This document shows, piece after piece, positions 61,763 through 64,000 of a stretch of DNA of 64,000 nt. The translations under genes and the position numbers were made by a program. A model generated the notes under the pieces. It ran no database searches. It was not told the origin of the DNA and saw only the letters and a program-made list of their open reading frames with translations. Each line of letters begins with the position of its first letter. The first letter of the stretch is position 1. The stretch is from Squalus acanthias (Eukaryota), in the NCBI GenBank assembly GCA_030390025.1, contig CM059438.1:63924001-63988000 (forward strand). Reading direction: 5' to 3'.

Positions 61763-62038
61763 GGGAAGAGCCGGAAATCAAATAGATTTAAGGCCAGGGT
61801 AAAGCTGGGAAAAGGGGGAGGGGATAAAGGAACAAAGGGGGGGATGAAGAGACATTAAGAGACATTAAGAGATATGCAAGGCTAGAGGTGGTGTTAATGT
61901 GACAGATTAAGGCTGAATGAAGTGTGAAATCCACTGGCAGAATGAAGGACAGCTGCCAGCTTCTAGGAGGAAAAAAAAGGTGGGGGGGACAAATAAAAGG
62001 GTGGATAAAATAAAATATAAATGTGATTGGAGCTGAGG

Positions 62039-64000
62039 TTATGATCTAAAATTGTTGAACTCGATATTGAGTCCAGAGGGCTGTAGCGTGCCTAAACGAA
62101 AGATGAGGTGCTGTTCCTCGAGCTTACGCTGAGCTTCCGTGGAACAGTGTAATAGGCCGAGGACGGTGAGGTCAGAGTGGGAGTGAAGCGGTGAATTAAA
62201 GTGACAGGCCACCGGGAGCTCGGGGTCCCCCTTACGGACTGAACGGAGGTGTTCCGCAAAGCGGTCACCCAATCTGCGTTTGGTCTCCCCAATGTAGAGG
62301 AGTCCACATCGTGAGCAGCGAATACAGTATACTAAATTGCAGGAAGTACAAGTAAATCGCTGTTTCACCTGGAAGGGGTGTTTGGGGCCCTGGACAGTGG
62401 GAAGAGGGGAGGTATAAGGGCATGTGTTGCATCTCCTGCGTGTGCACGGGAAGGTGCCGGCGAAGGGGAAGGGGTGCTGGGGGTGGTAGAGGAGTGGACT
62501 AGGGTGTCGCGGAGGGAGCGGTCCCTACGGAATGCTGAAAGGGGAGGTGAGGGGAAGATGTGTTTGGTGGTGGGATCACGCTGGAGGTGGCGGAAATGGC
62601 GGAGGATGATCCGTTGAATGTGGAGGCTGGTGGGGTGAAAGGTGAGGACAAGGGGAACCCTATCGTGGTTCCGGGAGGGAGGGGCAGGGGTGAGGGCAGA
62701 TGTGCGGGAGATAGAACGGACACGGTCGAGGGCCGTGTCGACCACGGTAGAGGGGAATCCTCGGTTGAGGAAAAAGGAAGACATGTCGGAAGCACTGGTA
62801 TGGAAGGTGGCATCATCAGAGCAGATGCGGCGGAGACGGAGAAACTGGGAGAATGGAATAGAGTCCTTACAGGAGGCGGGGTGGGAGGAAGTGTAGTCCA
62901 GGTAGCTGTGGGAGTCGGTGGGCTTGTAGTGAATGTTAGTCAATAACCTATCCCCAGAGATGGAAATGGAGAAGTCGAGGAAGGGAAGGGAAGAGTCGGA
63001 GATGGACCATGTGAAGGTGAGGGAAGGGTGGAAATTGGAAGCATAGTGAATCAAATGCTCTAGTTCAGGGCGAGAGCAGGAGACGGCACCGATACAGTCA
63101 TCAATGTACCGGAAAAAGAGGTGAGGGAGGGGACCCGAGTAGGACTGGAACAAAGAGTGTTCCACATATCCCACGAAAAGGCAGGCATAGCTAGGACCCA
63201 TGCGGGTACCCATAGCAACACCTTTAATTTGGAGGAAATGGGTAGAGTCAAAGGAGAAGTTGTTCAATGTGAGAACAAGTTCAGCCAGGCGGAGGAGGGT
63301 GGTGGTGGATGGGGACTGGTTGGGCCTCTGTTCAAGGAAGAAGCGGAGCGCCCTCAGGCCATCCTGGTGGGGAATGGAGGTGTAGAGGGATTGTATGTCA
63401 ATAGTGAAGAGGAGACGGTTGGGGCCGGGAAACTGGAAACTGTTAAAATGGCGGAGGGCATCGGAAGAGTCGCGGATGTAGGTGGGAAGAGACTGGACAA
63501 GGGGAGAAAAAATAGAGTCGAGATAGGAAGAGATAAGTTCCGTGGGGCAAGAACAGGCTGAAACGATGGGTCTACCGGGGCAGTCCTGTTTGTGGATCTT
63601 GGGAAGGAGGTAGAAGCGGGCTGTGCGGGGTTGGGGAACTATGAGGTTGGCGGCCGTGGGGGGAAGATCTCCAGAGGAGATGAGGTCAGTGACAGTCTTG
63701 GACACGGTGGCTTGATGTTCGGTAGTGGGGTCATGGTCCAGGTGGAGGTAGGAGGAGGTGTCGGAGAGTTGGCGTTCAACTTCCGCTAGGTAGAGGTCGG
63801 TTCGCCAAACAACAACAGCGCCACCCTTGTCAGCAGGTTTAATGACAATGTCAGGGTTGGATCGGTGAGAATGGAGTGCTGCAAGTTCAGAGGGAGGTAG
63901 GTTGGAGTGAGTGAGGGGAGCAGAGAAATTGAGCTGGCCGATGTCACGGCGGCAGTTAGCAATGAAAAGATCAAGAGAGGGTAAGAGGCCAGAGGGAGGG
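62039..64000 (-). pseudogene. Penelope RT + GIY-YIG endonuclease ORF, single frameshift at about 62460
   Basis: PADKGG, YLLPKIHK, GRPIVS, GVAMGT, RYIDD, CTRRRCNTC and LVYCIRC...YIGET motifs. Confidence 0.9.

Larger units (their letters stand above)
61660..64000 (-). mobile_element. Penelope-like element (probably Neptune-type), truncated by the window edge
   Basis: RT, Cys linker and GIY-YIG, followed by a pLTR carrying a hammerhead motif. Confidence 0.92.

Noticed and set aside
1..64000. CRISPR array or prokaryotic operon/defence system
   Set aside because: No regularly spaced repeat-spacer array; the content is eukaryotic TE-rich DNA with spliceosomal introns.

Overview
This is repeat-dense vertebrate DNA, most likely from a cartilaginous fish, inferred from the SacSINE1/DeuSINE-like SINEs and the abundant CR1/L2/Penelope families. 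It looks intergenic or intronic: I found no host protein-coding gene, and nearly all long ORFs belong to mobile elements. Main contents: (1) a full-length but defective Ty3/Gypsy LTR retrotransposon (22784-27106; 232-bp LTRs, ATAT TSD, tRNA-Trp PBS); (2) a decayed two-gene PIF/Harbinger transposon (55943-59857; three-exon Myb/SANT gene convergent with a HARBI1-type transposase), plus two Myb-bearing deletion derivatives and many MITEs with 3-bp TSDs; (3) a nearly intact Penelope-like RT + GIY-YIG element running off the right edge, with five further copies of its terminal repeat; (4) an RTE LINE with a 20-bp TSD, many L2 and CR1 fragments, DeuSINEs and two solo LTRs. The most notable non-coding signal is six minimal type-I hammerhead ribozyme motifs in the Penelope terminal repeats (five with an intact core). 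Also of note are stacked stem-loops inside MITEs, a perfect 42-bp fold-back at a CR1 5' junction, and an unexplained 79-bp ungapped duplicated element. All of these fit known element classes; I cannot claim a wholly new system from the sequence alone.
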